Position numbers and translations under genes: made by a program. Below, in pieces: positions 8,036 to 16,762 of a stretch of 17,609 nucleotides of DNA (position 1 is the stretch's first letter; each line of letters opens with the position of its first letter). The DNA comes from Candidatus Hydrogenedentota bacterium (lineage in GTDB: Bacteria > Hydrogenedentota > Hydrogenedentia > Hydrogenedentales > GCA-2746185). The DNA is taken from NCBI GenBank assembly GCA_046583315.1, contig JAYGCN010000312.1, positions 1 to 17,609 on the forward strand. Reading direction: 5' to 3'. Under the pieces are notes generated by a model. It searched no databases. It saw nothing but the letters and a program-made list of their open reading frames with translations, and was not told the origin of the DNA.

Positions 8036-9139
8036 ATGAGTTATTCACTATCCATTTTGCCCCAATCCGAAACCCGCTGGGACGTAGTTTCCCTCGGTGA
8101 GGTGATGCTGCGTCTGGACCCTGGTGAGGGTCGCGTGCGTACGGCGCGTAATTTTCGGGTATGGGAAGGCGGGGGTGAGTACAACGTGGCCCGCGCGGCG
8201 CATAAATGTTTCGGATTGCGCTCGGCCATAATCACCTCCCTGCCCGAGAACGAGGTCGGCTATCTCACGGATGACCTGATTGCCCAGGGCGGCGTGGACC
8301 GTTCCCATATTCAATGGTGCGCCTTCGATGGCATCGGACGCGACGCACGGGTTGGCCTGAATTTCACGGAACGCGGCTTCGGGATACGTCCCGCGCGGGG
8401 TTGCTCGGATCGCGCAAACTCGTCGGCCTCCAAAATGAAACCGGGCGACATCGACTGGGCCAAAATTTTCATCGAAGAAGGCGCGCGCTGGTTTCACACG
8501 GGCGGAATATTCGCCGCATTATCGGAAACCACGCCTGACCTCATCCTCGAAGCGGTACAAGCCGCGAAAGCCGCTGGCACTGTCGTTTCCTACGACCTCA
8601 ATTACCGCTCCTCACTTTGGGATGCGGTCGGTGGCCATGAAAAGGCAATCGAAGTGAATCGTGCCATTGCGCCTTATGTTGACGTGATGATCGGCAACGA
8701 GGAAGATTTCACCGCGTGCCTCGGATTCAAAATCGATGGTGTTGACGACGATTTGTCTTCCCTCGACCCTGCGAATTTTCGAAAAATGATGACTGAGGTC
8801 AACGAAACCTACCCGAACATCTCCGTTATCGGCACAACGTTACGCAACGCCAAATCTGCATCGCGAAACGACTGGGCGGCAGTGCTCGGATGTGACGGAA
8901 ACTTTTACCAGTCACGCGAATATACCGACCTTGATATTTTTGACCGCGTCGGGGGCGGCGACGGATTTGCCTCAGGGCTGGTCTATGCCTTTCTCGCTGG
9001 ACTCACCCCGCAGGAAGCCGTAGACTACGGAGCAGCCCACGGCGCATTGGCCATGACCACACCGGGCGATACATCGATGGTCAGCCTCGCCGAAGTACAA
9101 CAAGCCATCAATACGAAGGGCGCGCGCGTCGTTCGTTAG
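8036..9139 (+). CDS. kdgK: PfkB family sugar kinase, 2-dehydro-3-deoxygluconokinase (KdgK)-like
   Basis: SLGEVMLRLDP, EGGGEYNVA, WFHTGGIF, SYDLNYR, GNEED, DRVGGGDGFASG and AMTTPGD. Start is either 7991 or 8036; 8036 gives the typical N-terminal length. Confidence 0.88.
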   Translation: MSYSLSILPQSETRWDVVSLGEVMLRLDPGEGRVRTARNFRVWEGGGEYNVARAAHKCFGLRSAIITSLPENEVGYLTDDLIAQGGVDRSHIQWCAFDGIGRDARVGLNFTERGFGIRPARGCSDRANSSASKMKPGDIDWAKIFIEEGARWFHTGGIFAALSETTPDLILEAVQAAKAAGTVVSYDLNYRSSLWDAVGGHEKAIEVNRAIAPYVDVMIGNEEDFTACLGFKIDGVDDDLSSLDPANFRKMMTEVNETYPNISVIGTTLRNAKSASRNDWAAVLGCDGNFYQSREYTDLDIFDRVGGGDGFASGLVYAFLAGLTPQEAVDYGAAHGALAMTTPGDTSMVSLAEVQQAINTKGARVVR

Positions 9140-9167
9140 TACATTTGTCGAATTAAGGAGAGCAAGA

Positions 9168-10571
9168 ATGAGTGAAGCACCAGACGTGTCCGGTCTCGCG
9201 GGCAAACCGCTGGGTCAGCGAGTCGCGGGTTATTTGAAAATGACCGGGCCGGGTTACATGCAGAGCGCGATGACTCTGGGCGGCGGTTCGATTGCTTCGT
9301 GCGCCGTACTCGGTTCCATGTTCGGCTACAAATACCTCTGGGTGCAAGTGCTCGCGATGGTCTTCGGCTATTTCATTCTCGCCAGCGTCGCCAAACAAAC
9401 CACCAACAACGGCGAACGCTCCTACGGCGTATTCAAGAGCGAATTACACCCGGTTTTCGCCATTATCTGGGGAGGCAGCGCATTCATCGCGACAATTCTC
9501 TGGCACATTCCCCAATACTCGTTGGCGGTCAACGGCGTTCAGACGCTTGCCGATGGTGTCGGACTCGGCTTCGAAGGTAAGGCCGTGCGCCTCGGTGTCG
9601 GCGTAGTATTACTCGGCCTCGCAACAGGCGTCGTCTACTTGTATCATTCCGGCGCGAAGGGCCTACGCCTCTACGAACGCATCATCAAGACTTTGGTCTG
9701 GGGCATCGTGCTCGCCTTCGGTATCGTTGTATTCACCGGAGAGTCCGTTGAGTGGGGACGTCTCTTCGCAGGATTCACAGGCATCACCTTCATCAAAGAC
9801 TTCATGGCCAACGGCATGCAACAGGAAGCCATCAAACCCGTCGTAGGCGCGTTAGCCGCTGCGGTCGGCATCAACATGATATTCCTCTACCCCTATTCGC
9901 TGCTTGAAAAAGGGTGGGACAAGGAACACAAAGAACTGGCATACTTCGATTTGCTGTCCGGCATGGCAGTTCCCTTCATTTTTGCAACCTGCCTCATGGT
10001 TGTCGCCGTAGCGAAAACCATCGGACCCGAAGCCGGTGCAATCGGGGATGGCGTTCGTGACATTCGCGAAATTCTTCCCGTGGTCGAACCCGCTCTCGGC
10101 GAAGGTCTCGGCCGTCTCATCATCGGCGGCGGCATACTCGCCATCGGATTCTCGACCATCATCACCCACATGCTCGCACTCGGATTCATCGGCTGCGAAA
10201 TGTTCGGTTTTGCCCAGGACAGCCGCGCGAAATGGTGGTTCTCATTGGTCCCCGCTGTCGGAGTTGTCGGCTCAGTGATTGCCTTCCCCGTACCCCTCGC
10301 CATTACCGCTTCCACCCTGGCCATGCCACTGATGCCCATCACGGTCGTCTGCTTCATCGTGCTGTTGAATCGGAAATCATACATGGGCAATGAAATGCCT
10401 ACTGGCGGAATGCGACTTTTCTGGAATACCATCCTGATATCTTCGGTTGTCTTCATGTCCGGCGCGGCCTATTTCGCGCTGCAGAAAAATTGGGGATCGC
10501 TCAAGAACTTGCTGAATCCACCGGACGAAACAGCGATGATCGTTATCGACACGCTGAGTCGATGGGTATAA
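9168..10571 (+). CDS. Nramp/MntH-like (APC fold) transporter lacking the canonical DPGN metal motif
   Basis: GPGYMQSAMTLGGGS in TM1, GYKYLWVQ, AAAVGINMIFLYPY in TM6, AIGFSTIITHML, about 11 TMs; AAGGAG RBS. Confidence 0.75.
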   Translation: MSEAPDVSGLAGKPLGQRVAGYLKMTGPGYMQSAMTLGGGSIASCAVLGSMFGYKYLWVQVLAMVFGYFILASVAKQTTNNGERSYGVFKSELHPVFAIIWGGSAFIATILWHIPQYSLAVNGVQTLADGVGLGFEGKAVRLGVGVVLLGLATGVVYLYHSGAKGLRLYERIIKTLVWGIVLAFGIVVFTGESVEWGRLFAGFTGITFIKDFMANGMQQEAIKPVVGALAAAVGINMIFLYPYSLLEKGWDKEHKELAYFDLLSGMAVPFIFATCLMVVAVAKTIGPEAGAIGDGVRDIREILPVVEPALGEGLGRLIIGGGILAIGFSTIITHMLALGFIGCEMFGFAQDSRAKWWFSLVPAVGVVGSVIAFPVPLAITASTLAMPLMPITVVCFIVLLNRKSYMGNEMPTGGMRLFWNTILISSVVFMSGAAYFALQKNWGSLKNLLNPPDETAMIVIDTLSRWV

Positions 10572-10578
10572 AGGAATC

Positions 10579-11289
10579 ATGATGTCGATGCTCCGAAAAC
10601 TTTCAAGTCTCTTCATCATTGTTACGTTGACTGCTTCAAGCACGTCATTCGCCACGGACGGCGACTGGGAATGGCTTTTCCACGGCAAAAAACGGGATTT
10701 GAAGAAGTGGGAACCAAAACCAAAGTACGCGCGCAAGCCGAACGCCCGTCCCTCGCTCATAACGGGCGAATGGAAAGTCGAAGACGGCGAATTGGTACAC
10801 GTCCCATCCGGCGGCTACCTGCGCACCAAAGAAAAGTTCGCCAACTTCATTCTCGAACTCGAAGTAAAATACACGCCCGGTGCCAACAGTGGGATCTACA
10901 TCTGGTCGCCCGAACACGACACGATGAATCGCGGACTCGAGTTTCAATTGCTCGACAGCTACGGTCAGCCCGCCGACATCCACGCTTTCGGTGCCTTCTA
11001 CGATGCACAAGCCCCAACGGAAAATGCCGCGCTTCCAAATACCGAATGGCAACACATGCGTATCGAAGTTCGTAATCCGCGCATCCTGGTCAGCGTAAAT
11101 CACAAACTCGTCAACGACGTGAACATTGACCGATGGACGGAGATCGGCAAGAATCCGGATGGTACCGAGAATAAATATTCACATGCCCTGGGCAGTCGTC
11201 CGAGAAACGGCCGTATATCCATCCAGGATCACAACAACGTGCTGCGCTTCCGGAACATTCGCATCAAACGCCTGCCCGACTCGGACTAG
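10579..11289 (+). CDS. DUF1080 (3-keto-disaccharide hydrolase / 3-ketoglycoside-processing) family protein, secreted
   Basis: Signal peptide, W..LF.GK..L..W, WKVEDG, NFILELE, ANSGIY, EFQLLD, GRISIQDH and FRNIRIKRL. Confidence 0.9.
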   Translation: MMSMLRKLSSLFIIVTLTASSTSFATDGDWEWLFHGKKRDLKKWEPKPKYARKPNARPSLITGEWKVEDGELVHVPSGGYLRTKEKFANFILELEVKYTPGANSGIYIWSPEHDTMNRGLEFQLLDSYGQPADIHAFGAFYDAQAPTENAALPNTEWQHMRIEVRNPRILVSVNHKLVNDVNIDRWTEIGKNPDGTENKYSHALGSRPRNGRISIQDHNNVLRFRNIRIKRLPDSD

Positions 11290-12137
11290 CTGTTCACGCG
11301 CCCGAAACGTTCGCTCACATCCTCCGCGAGCCGTTGAATGTGCGCCTGCGTAAAGACCAGTGGGTCCAGCGGGTCGTCCTCAATCAGCGGCGTCAAATCC
11401 ATGGCAAAGGTCGTGCCCGTCGTTTCGTCCGCCCCGTGAGATTCATGGTATGTGGCATGCGCGCGGCATCGACCCGTCGTCGCGAGATCGTATCGTTTCC
11501 CCCCGGCAATCTGCGAGTCGAAAACGCCAACCAGTGACGCGTGCAGATTGGGATGCGCCGACACATCGAAGGCCACCTTATCCGTATCGACCATCCAGTC
11601 CAAGTCTCGCCACACTTCGCAGCCATAGACTTTTTTCGGTCGCATATCCTTCGGCAAACGGCGCAACGCCTCCAAAACTTTCAACGTAACACCCACATGC
11701 GTATCGTGTTTATCGGCAAAATTATGCGTGTACACCACTTCCGGTCGTGTCGCTTCGAGAATCGCGTGAATATCATCCGCCGCATCCGAAATATCCGCAG
11801 ACTTCAGATTGCTACTGGGATGGTCGAGCAAAAACTGCGCGGCAAATTCACCCACGACAGCAGCCTTCTTCTGTTCCTTATTCCGCACCTCTACCATTTC
11901 CTCGTCCGTGTAATTCGCATACACCCCCGCGCGCGAAGAACCCGCGCCATTCGTGACCACCACGCCCGTATACCACTTATCAGCCCGCTGAAAACATTTC
12001 AGAATCCCGTCATAGGCCATGATTTCCAGGTCGTCCTGATGCGCGCCAATCGCCAGATGCGTCGTGCGTGCAAGCGCTTCCGTTTCGTTTAGACCATCCG
12101 GAATGTAAAGTTCTGCGCACTTCCGCGAAAAGTTCAT
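11286..12137 (-). CDS. PIG-L/LmbE family de-N-acetylase
   Basis: AIGAHQDDLE metal motif, VVVTNGAGS, R..EQ..AA and YTHN.ADKHDTH; ATG 12137 with GGAG RBS. Confidence 0.88.
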   Translation of the reverse strand: MNFSRKCAELYIPDGLNETEALARTTHLAIGAHQDDLEIMAYDGILKCFQRADKWYTGVVVTNGAGSSRAGVYANYTDEEMVEVRNKEQKKAAVVGEFAAQFLLDHPSSNLKSADISDAADDIHAILEATRPEVVYTHNFADKHDTHVGVTLKVLEALRRLPKDMRPKKVYGCEVWRDLDWMVDTDKVAFDVSAHPNLHASLVGVFDSQIAGGKRYDLATTGRCRAHATYHESHGADETTGTTFAMDLTPLIEDDPLDPLVFTQAHIQRLAEDVSERFGRVNS

Positions 12138-12155
12138 GATCAATTCTCCAGCAGT

Positions 12156-13559
12156 TCAAGATTTCAGTTGAGGAAGGCTCGCGGCAGCTATGGACTGCCC
12201 GACTCGGCGACTCTTTTCGTCCGGCAGTTGCACGGCAATGGTTTCGGCCAGCGCAGGAAACTCGCGACACAACACATCCACCGCGCCATCCACAATCAGA
12301 TCGCCACCGCGTCCAGAAGTGCATCGCCCAAGCACAAGTACATGGTTAATATCGTAAAAATCAGCGTAATGTGCCAATGTATACCCCAGATACACGCCAA
12401 TGGAACGCCAAATATCCGTCGCGCCTTCATGGCCATCTTCAAGATACCCCTGCACATGCTTCAGGCGCTCCGCATCCGTCACACCCTCGCCTTCTGGAAG
12501 CTCTATTCCAGCTTTCGGTGCCAGCCGAAACACGCATTGTTGCGAAAAATAGAGCGCACCCACCCCGTAATCGCCGGACCATTCGTCGCGCGCGGCATCG
12601 GGATTATAATCAACCGGGGCAAACGCGAGTTCATTCAACCATTCAGTGATGTTGCCTTCTGTCGTGACGTAGCCCCCGGCTTCACTGGACCCCAACGCGA
12701 TACCCAAGATACCGTTTTCTTCGAGGGACATCGCGCCTGCGAGCGCAGTCACTTCGCCATCGTTCACCACGGCGATCGGAACTCCCATCTCTTCACCAAT
12801 CTTCAGAAACATATCGCGCACAACATGAAAATCTTCAGCCGGAATGCCGCGAAACAACGAAGCGATCATCGCGCGATGGTTGATGTATACGCCTGCCGAG
12901 CTTCCGCCAATGGCATCCACACGAGGCATCTTCGAGGCTGCCGTTTTGATGGCCGTCATCACTTCATTGTAATGATAATTCGGATCCGTATTCTTACGCG
13001 GCTCCCACACCACTTCTTCACTGTAAACAGTCTCTCCGTCAATCACGGCTGACACTTTGCGGTCCGACGCGCCCAGATCAAAGCCGATGCGGCACCCTTC
13101 AAGATGACGACCGAGTGGCGCAGAAGACTCGCGTTCTTCGGGTACCTCTTCGGCGGCACAGGCGATCACCCTGAAAGGTTTCGCGTACACGCTGTCGCCC
13201 ATAAACACCCGATCAAATTCGCGCAGTCCGTCTTTGGCGTAACATTCAGACAGGTATTCGCCAATATGCGAGGGGCCACCCACGTAAATCGTGCAGCCAC
13301 CCCGTTGCCACAGCAGAAATTTCAGAATGCGCTCCGCATAATGGTTATTCTCATCATTTTGATCCGCGTCGTCTCCAAAAACGACCGTCTCGAAGCGCGA
13401 TACCGACCCATCGCCGCGTTCCAGTCCCAAAATTAGCTGGACTCCATGCCCCGATTCCTCAACCGCCTTCGTAAAGGCCCGACTCGCCAATACAGCGGGT
13501 CGAAAATCAGGATCAAGTGGCGGAACGGTGGGCGGCGCAACTAAGAATAATGATGACAT
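12156..13559 (-). CDS. ROK family sugar kinase-like protein with a long N-terminal extension
   Basis: IGFDLGASDRK phosphate-1 loop, AIGGSSAG, VVNDGEVTALAG, GIALGSSEAGG, NELAF, VLVLGR and GQSIAAA. ATG 13559 has an AGGA RBS; 13586 is an alternative start. Confidence 0.85.
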   Translation of the reverse strand: MSSLFLVAPPTVPPLDPDFRPAVLASRAFTKAVEESGHGVQLILGLERGDGSVSRFETVVFGDDADQNDENNHYAERILKFLLWQRGGCTIYVGGPSHIGEYLSECYAKDGLREFDRVFMGDSVYAKPFRVIACAAEEVPEERESSAPLGRHLEGCRIGFDLGASDRKVSAVIDGETVYSEEVVWEPRKNTDPNYHYNEVMTAIKTAASKMPRVDAIGGSSAGVYINHRAMIASLFRGIPAEDFHVVRDMFLKIGEEMGVPIAVVNDGEVTALAGAMSLEENGILGIALGSSEAGGYVTTEGNITEWLNELAFAPVDYNPDAARDEWSGDYGVGALYFSQQCVFRLAPKAGIELPEGEGVTDAERLKHVQGYLEDGHEGATDIWRSIGVYLGYTLAHYADFYDINHVLVLGRCTSGRGGDLIVDGAVDVLCREFPALAETIAVQLPDEKSRRVGQSIAAASLPQLKS

Positions 13560-13615
13560 GAATGGGTCCTGTAAGAGTTCAAACATTGGAATTGATTCAC
13601 GAGCGAATCAGGTGG

Positions 13616-13692
13616 ATCATATAGAACAAACGCCAGATAGTTCAACAGTTTTGGCTCGGGTATTGACGCGCATACAGCAGTTCCACTACGCT
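13616..13692. promoter_or_regulatory. Putative back-to-back sigma70 promoters for the ROK operon and the glycosidase operon
   Basis: - strand: TTGAAC (13645-13640), 18-bp spacer, TATGAT (13621-13616). + strand: TTGACG (13663-13668), 18-bp spacer, TACGCT (13687-13692). Confidence 0.45.
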
Positions 13693-13711
13693 GAATCTTT
13701 GGAGAGTCACC

Positions 13712-15706
13712 ATGCGCTTATTTAGTCTATTACTCTTATTATCCTCTACCTCCGCCAACATGGCTCAGGAGTCGTCGCCCATCCCTGAAGACTTTCCGCG
13801 ATTCACCGTGCCCGGCCATCAGGAGTCGATGGACCAACTGCGGGAATTGTACTGGCAGCATTACCCCGGCTCCGGCCCCAAAGCCACGCTGTGGGATGAA
13901 TGGCTGACGCGACCCAGTCTGTGGCCCGCCGTGACCACAGACAACCAGTCCGACAAATTTCGCAAATCCTGGGCCACGACATTGTCCAATCGGCAAATGG
14001 CAGAAGACGGGTACGTCGCGACCCATCAACACGCGTCCATCGCGCATCAACAGGGCTGGCCGTTCCCTTTTTGGAAACAGGGCGGCCCGAACACCTGGGG
14101 CTGGCATTTTTCGTTGGCCGGCGTACCCAAGGGGTGGCACGCCACGGAGGAGAAAGACCAGACCGGCTGGGCATTGAAAGGCGCAGAGGACAAGTCCATC
14201 GATGACATCGCGTGGCGACTCAAGCTGACTGAAGCCCAGGCCCACGTGACCACGCCACCGATGAATGTTGAGGTGCTGCAAGCCCCGTTTATCCAGCTGC
14301 GATGGACTGCGAAAGGCCTCGGCGGCGCGAAACCCTTCCTCGAATGGACATCGGATATTTCTCCCTCCTTCGACACCGCCCAACGCATGGAATTTGATGT
14401 GATTGAAACCGATGGCGTGCATTACACCATGATTCCCGTTTACAAACACCCAAAATGGGTCGGTACCATCACGCAATTGCGCATCAATTTCGGCAACCAG
14501 ACTCCCGGTGCCGAGATTGGTATTCAGGCCCTCTTCACCCAATACGACACGCGCCACAACATCAACAACGCCAACTTCGTGCGCGGATGCATCAACTATT
14601 TCAACTGGACCGGCGACGTAGAATTCCTGCGCAACCAAATCGGACGCGTTCGCAAAGCAATCGAATACATCATCACCGAATTCAACACCATGGAAGAAGG
14701 CGTTGTCCTCACACCCTGGATCGGCCATGGCGGCCGCAGCGGCATTCACTACGACGAAGACGGTAAGAAATCAATTTCGCATGGCTACGGTGTCGGCAAC
14801 AATTACTGGGACCTGTTGCCCTTCGGACACAAAGATGCCTACGCGACGATTCAGTTTTATGATGCCTTGAAGGATTACATTGCGCTCGAAACGGCTATAG
14901 AGCTGCACGCTGTGTGGAAAGTCGAGAGACGCCAATCAGAGTGGCCCATCGATGAGCTAAAAACGCACCTGAATCAACTAAAACGAACCGGAAACAAACT
15001 CTTCTGGAACGACGAGACCGGTCGCTTCGTGTCCGCTGTGGATATCGACGGCAATTCTCACGACTACGGCTTCACCTTTCTCAACCTCGAAGCCATTTAC
15101 TACGACTTCGCCACACCCGAGCATGCCCGCAACATCATGGACTGGATAGACGGCTCTCGAACCGTCGCGGGCGACACCTCCCAAGGCAAGGACATCTACC
15201 ATTGGCAATTCGGACCGCGCGCCACAACACGCCGCAACGTCGCTTATTACGGCTGGTTCTGGTCTGGACCGGAAACCATCCCCTGGGGCGGACAAGTGCA
15301 GGACGGCGGCGCGGTGTTCGGCTTTAGCTTCCACGATCTGATGGCGCGCCTGAAAGTGAACGGCCCCGATGATGCCTGGAAACGGCTTCAGGAAATCCTC
15401 GCATGGTTCGATGACGTTCAAGACGCGGGAGGATACCGCGCCTACTACGAGACCCACGACGGCACGTTGCAAGGCGGCGGAACTGCTGGTGGTCTCGGCT
15501 GCGACAAGGAATTCTTCGAAAGCGTGCTGGTCCCCCAAATCATAACCGAAGGTTTTTTCGGACTTGAAGCCACGCCTGACGAACTCACCGTCAATCCGAA
15601 TCTGCCCAGCAGCTGGAATGAACTTAGCATTTCCCATGTTCGCTGGAAAGATGGAACCTTCTCAATACACGTTGATGATCAAATAATCTCGATCATCCCC
15701 GAATAG
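13712..15706 (+). CDS. Secreted glycoside hydrolase-like protein: probable (alpha/alpha)6 six-hairpin barrel, inserted beta-sandwich, GH65-C-like tail
   Basis: Signal peptide; YFNWTGDVEFL, NNYWD and LFWNDETGRF (six-hairpin glycosidase-type motifs); C-terminal GFFGLEAT.DELTVNPNLPSSWNELSI (GH65/GH94-like tail); internal segment ending WVGTITQLRINF; GGAG RBS. Confidence 0.65.
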   Translation: MRLFSLLLLLSSTSANMAQESSPIPEDFPRFTVPGHQESMDQLRELYWQHYPGSGPKATLWDEWLTRPSLWPAVTTDNQSDKFRKSWATTLSNRQMAEDGYVATHQHASIAHQQGWPFPFWKQGGPNTWGWHFSLAGVPKGWHATEEKDQTGWALKGAEDKSIDDIAWRLKLTEAQAHVTTPPMNVEVLQAPFIQLRWTAKGLGGAKPFLEWTSDISPSFDTAQRMEFDVIETDGVHYTMIPVYKHPKWVGTITQLRINFGNQTPGAEIGIQALFTQYDTRHNINNANFVRGCINYFNWTGDVEFLRNQIGRVRKAIEYIITEFNTMEEGVVLTPWIGHGGRSGIHYDEDGKKSISHGYGVGNNYWDLLPFGHKDAYATIQFYDALKDYIALETAIELHAVWKVERRQSEWPIDELKTHLNQLKRTGNKLFWNDETGRFVSAVDIDGNSHDYGFTFLNLEAIYYDFATPEHARNIMDWIDGSRTVAGDTSQGKDIYHWQFGPRATTRRNVAYYGWFWSGPETIPWGGQVQDGGAVFGFSFHDLMARLKVNGPDDAWKRLQEILAWFDDVQDAGGYRAYYETHDGTLQGGGTAGGLGCDKEFFESVLVPQIITEGFFGLEATPDELTVNPNLPSSWNELSISHVRWKDGTFSIHVDDQIISIIPE

Positions 15707-15712
15707 GACACT

Positions 15713-15738
15713 CTTTGCGTCTTCGCTCCTTTGCGTTT
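15713..15738. repeat. Degenerate tandem octamer (CTTTGCGT-CTTCGCTC-CTTTGCGT-TT), remnant of a short intergenic repeat
   Basis: Three 8-nt units; the first and third are identical. Lies in the 66-bp gap between two co-oriented genes. Confidence 0.55.
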
Positions 15739-15772
15739 AATATAGAAGGAACTCAAAAAGGAATCCTGATTC

Positions 15773-16762
15773 ATGAAATCTCTTGCACTGCTATTCACCT
15801 ACCTGTTCAGTTGCTCAGTATTCGCCGCAGACATCCGCGTCGGCATCATCGGGCTCGACACCTCGCACGTCACGGCCTTCACGAAACTCCTGAACGAATC
15901 CGATGCCAAGGACCACGTGCCCGGAGCGAAAGTTGTCGCGGCGTATCGCGGCGGTAGCGATGACATCGAATCCAGCTACACTCGGCTCGACAAGTTCACC
16001 AAAGAACTCCAGGACACTTACGGCGTCGAAATCGTAGACACCATCGAAGAACTCTGCACCAAGGTCGATGCCATCCTGCTTGAAAGCGTCGACGGACGTC
16101 CGCATTTGGAACAAGTTCGACCTGTGTTCGAAGCGGGACTACCCGTATTCATCGATAAACCTCTCGCCGGTTCACTGAAAGATGCGGTCGAAATCTACAA
16201 ACTTGGCAAGAAACACAACGTCCCCTGGTTCAGCTCATCTTCGTATCGCTACTACAAAAGCATGACCACCTTGATGGAGCAGGAAGTCGGCGACATCATG
16301 GGCGCCATCTCCTACGGCCCCTGCACCATCGAGCCCACCCATCCCGACTTCTTCTGGTACGGCGTGCATCCCGTCGAAGCCCTCTACACCGCGCTCGGAC
16401 CCGGCTGCGTCAGTGTCTCCCGCGTCTCCACTGAAAACACCGATGTCGCGACAGGCGTATGGTCCGGCGGACGCGTCGGCACCTTCCGTGGACTACGCAA
16501 CGCAACGACTCCGCACAAAGTCACGCTCTTCGGCAGCAAAAAAGTTGCCGAACAACAAGGTGGCGGCAACTACGCACCGTTGGTAGTCGAAATCGTGAAG
16601 TTTTTCCAAACCAAAGTCGTACCCATCCCGCCCGAAGAAACCGTCGAGATATTCGCGTTCATGGAAGCGGCCGACGAAAGCAAACGTCGCGGCGGATCAC
16701 CCGTCACCCTCGCCGAAGTCATGAAGAAAGCCGGCGGCGAAGGCATCCTTTCCGCACCATGA
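15773..16762 (+). CDS. Gfo/Idh/MocA family oxidoreductase with signal peptide
   Basis: IRVGIIGLDTSH Rossmann start, VDAILLESVDGRPH, PVFIDKPLA, FSSSSYRY and WYGVHPVE; AAGGA RBS. Confidence 0.9.
   Translation: MKSLALLFTYLFSCSVFAADIRVGIIGLDTSHVTAFTKLLNESDAKDHVPGAKVVAAYRGGSDDIESSYTRLDKFTKELQDTYGVEIVDTIEELCTKVDAILLESVDGRPHLEQVRPVFEAGLPVFIDKPLAGSLKDAVEIYKLGKKHNVPWFSSSSYRYYKSMTTLMEQEVGDIMGAISYGPCTIEPTHPDFFWYGVHPVEALYTALGPGCVSVSRVSTENTDVATGVWSGGRVGTFRGLRNATTPHKVTLFGSKKVAEQQGGGNYAPLVVEIVKFFQTKVVPIPPEETVEIFAFMEAADESKRRGGSPVTLAEVMKKAGGEGILSAP

Noticed and set aside
12168..13052. 294-aa + strand ORF
   Set aside because: Antisense to the ROK gene; no family features.
13739..14749. 336-aa - strand ORF (also 14978-15637)
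   Set aside because: Antisense shadow of the glycosidase-like gene.
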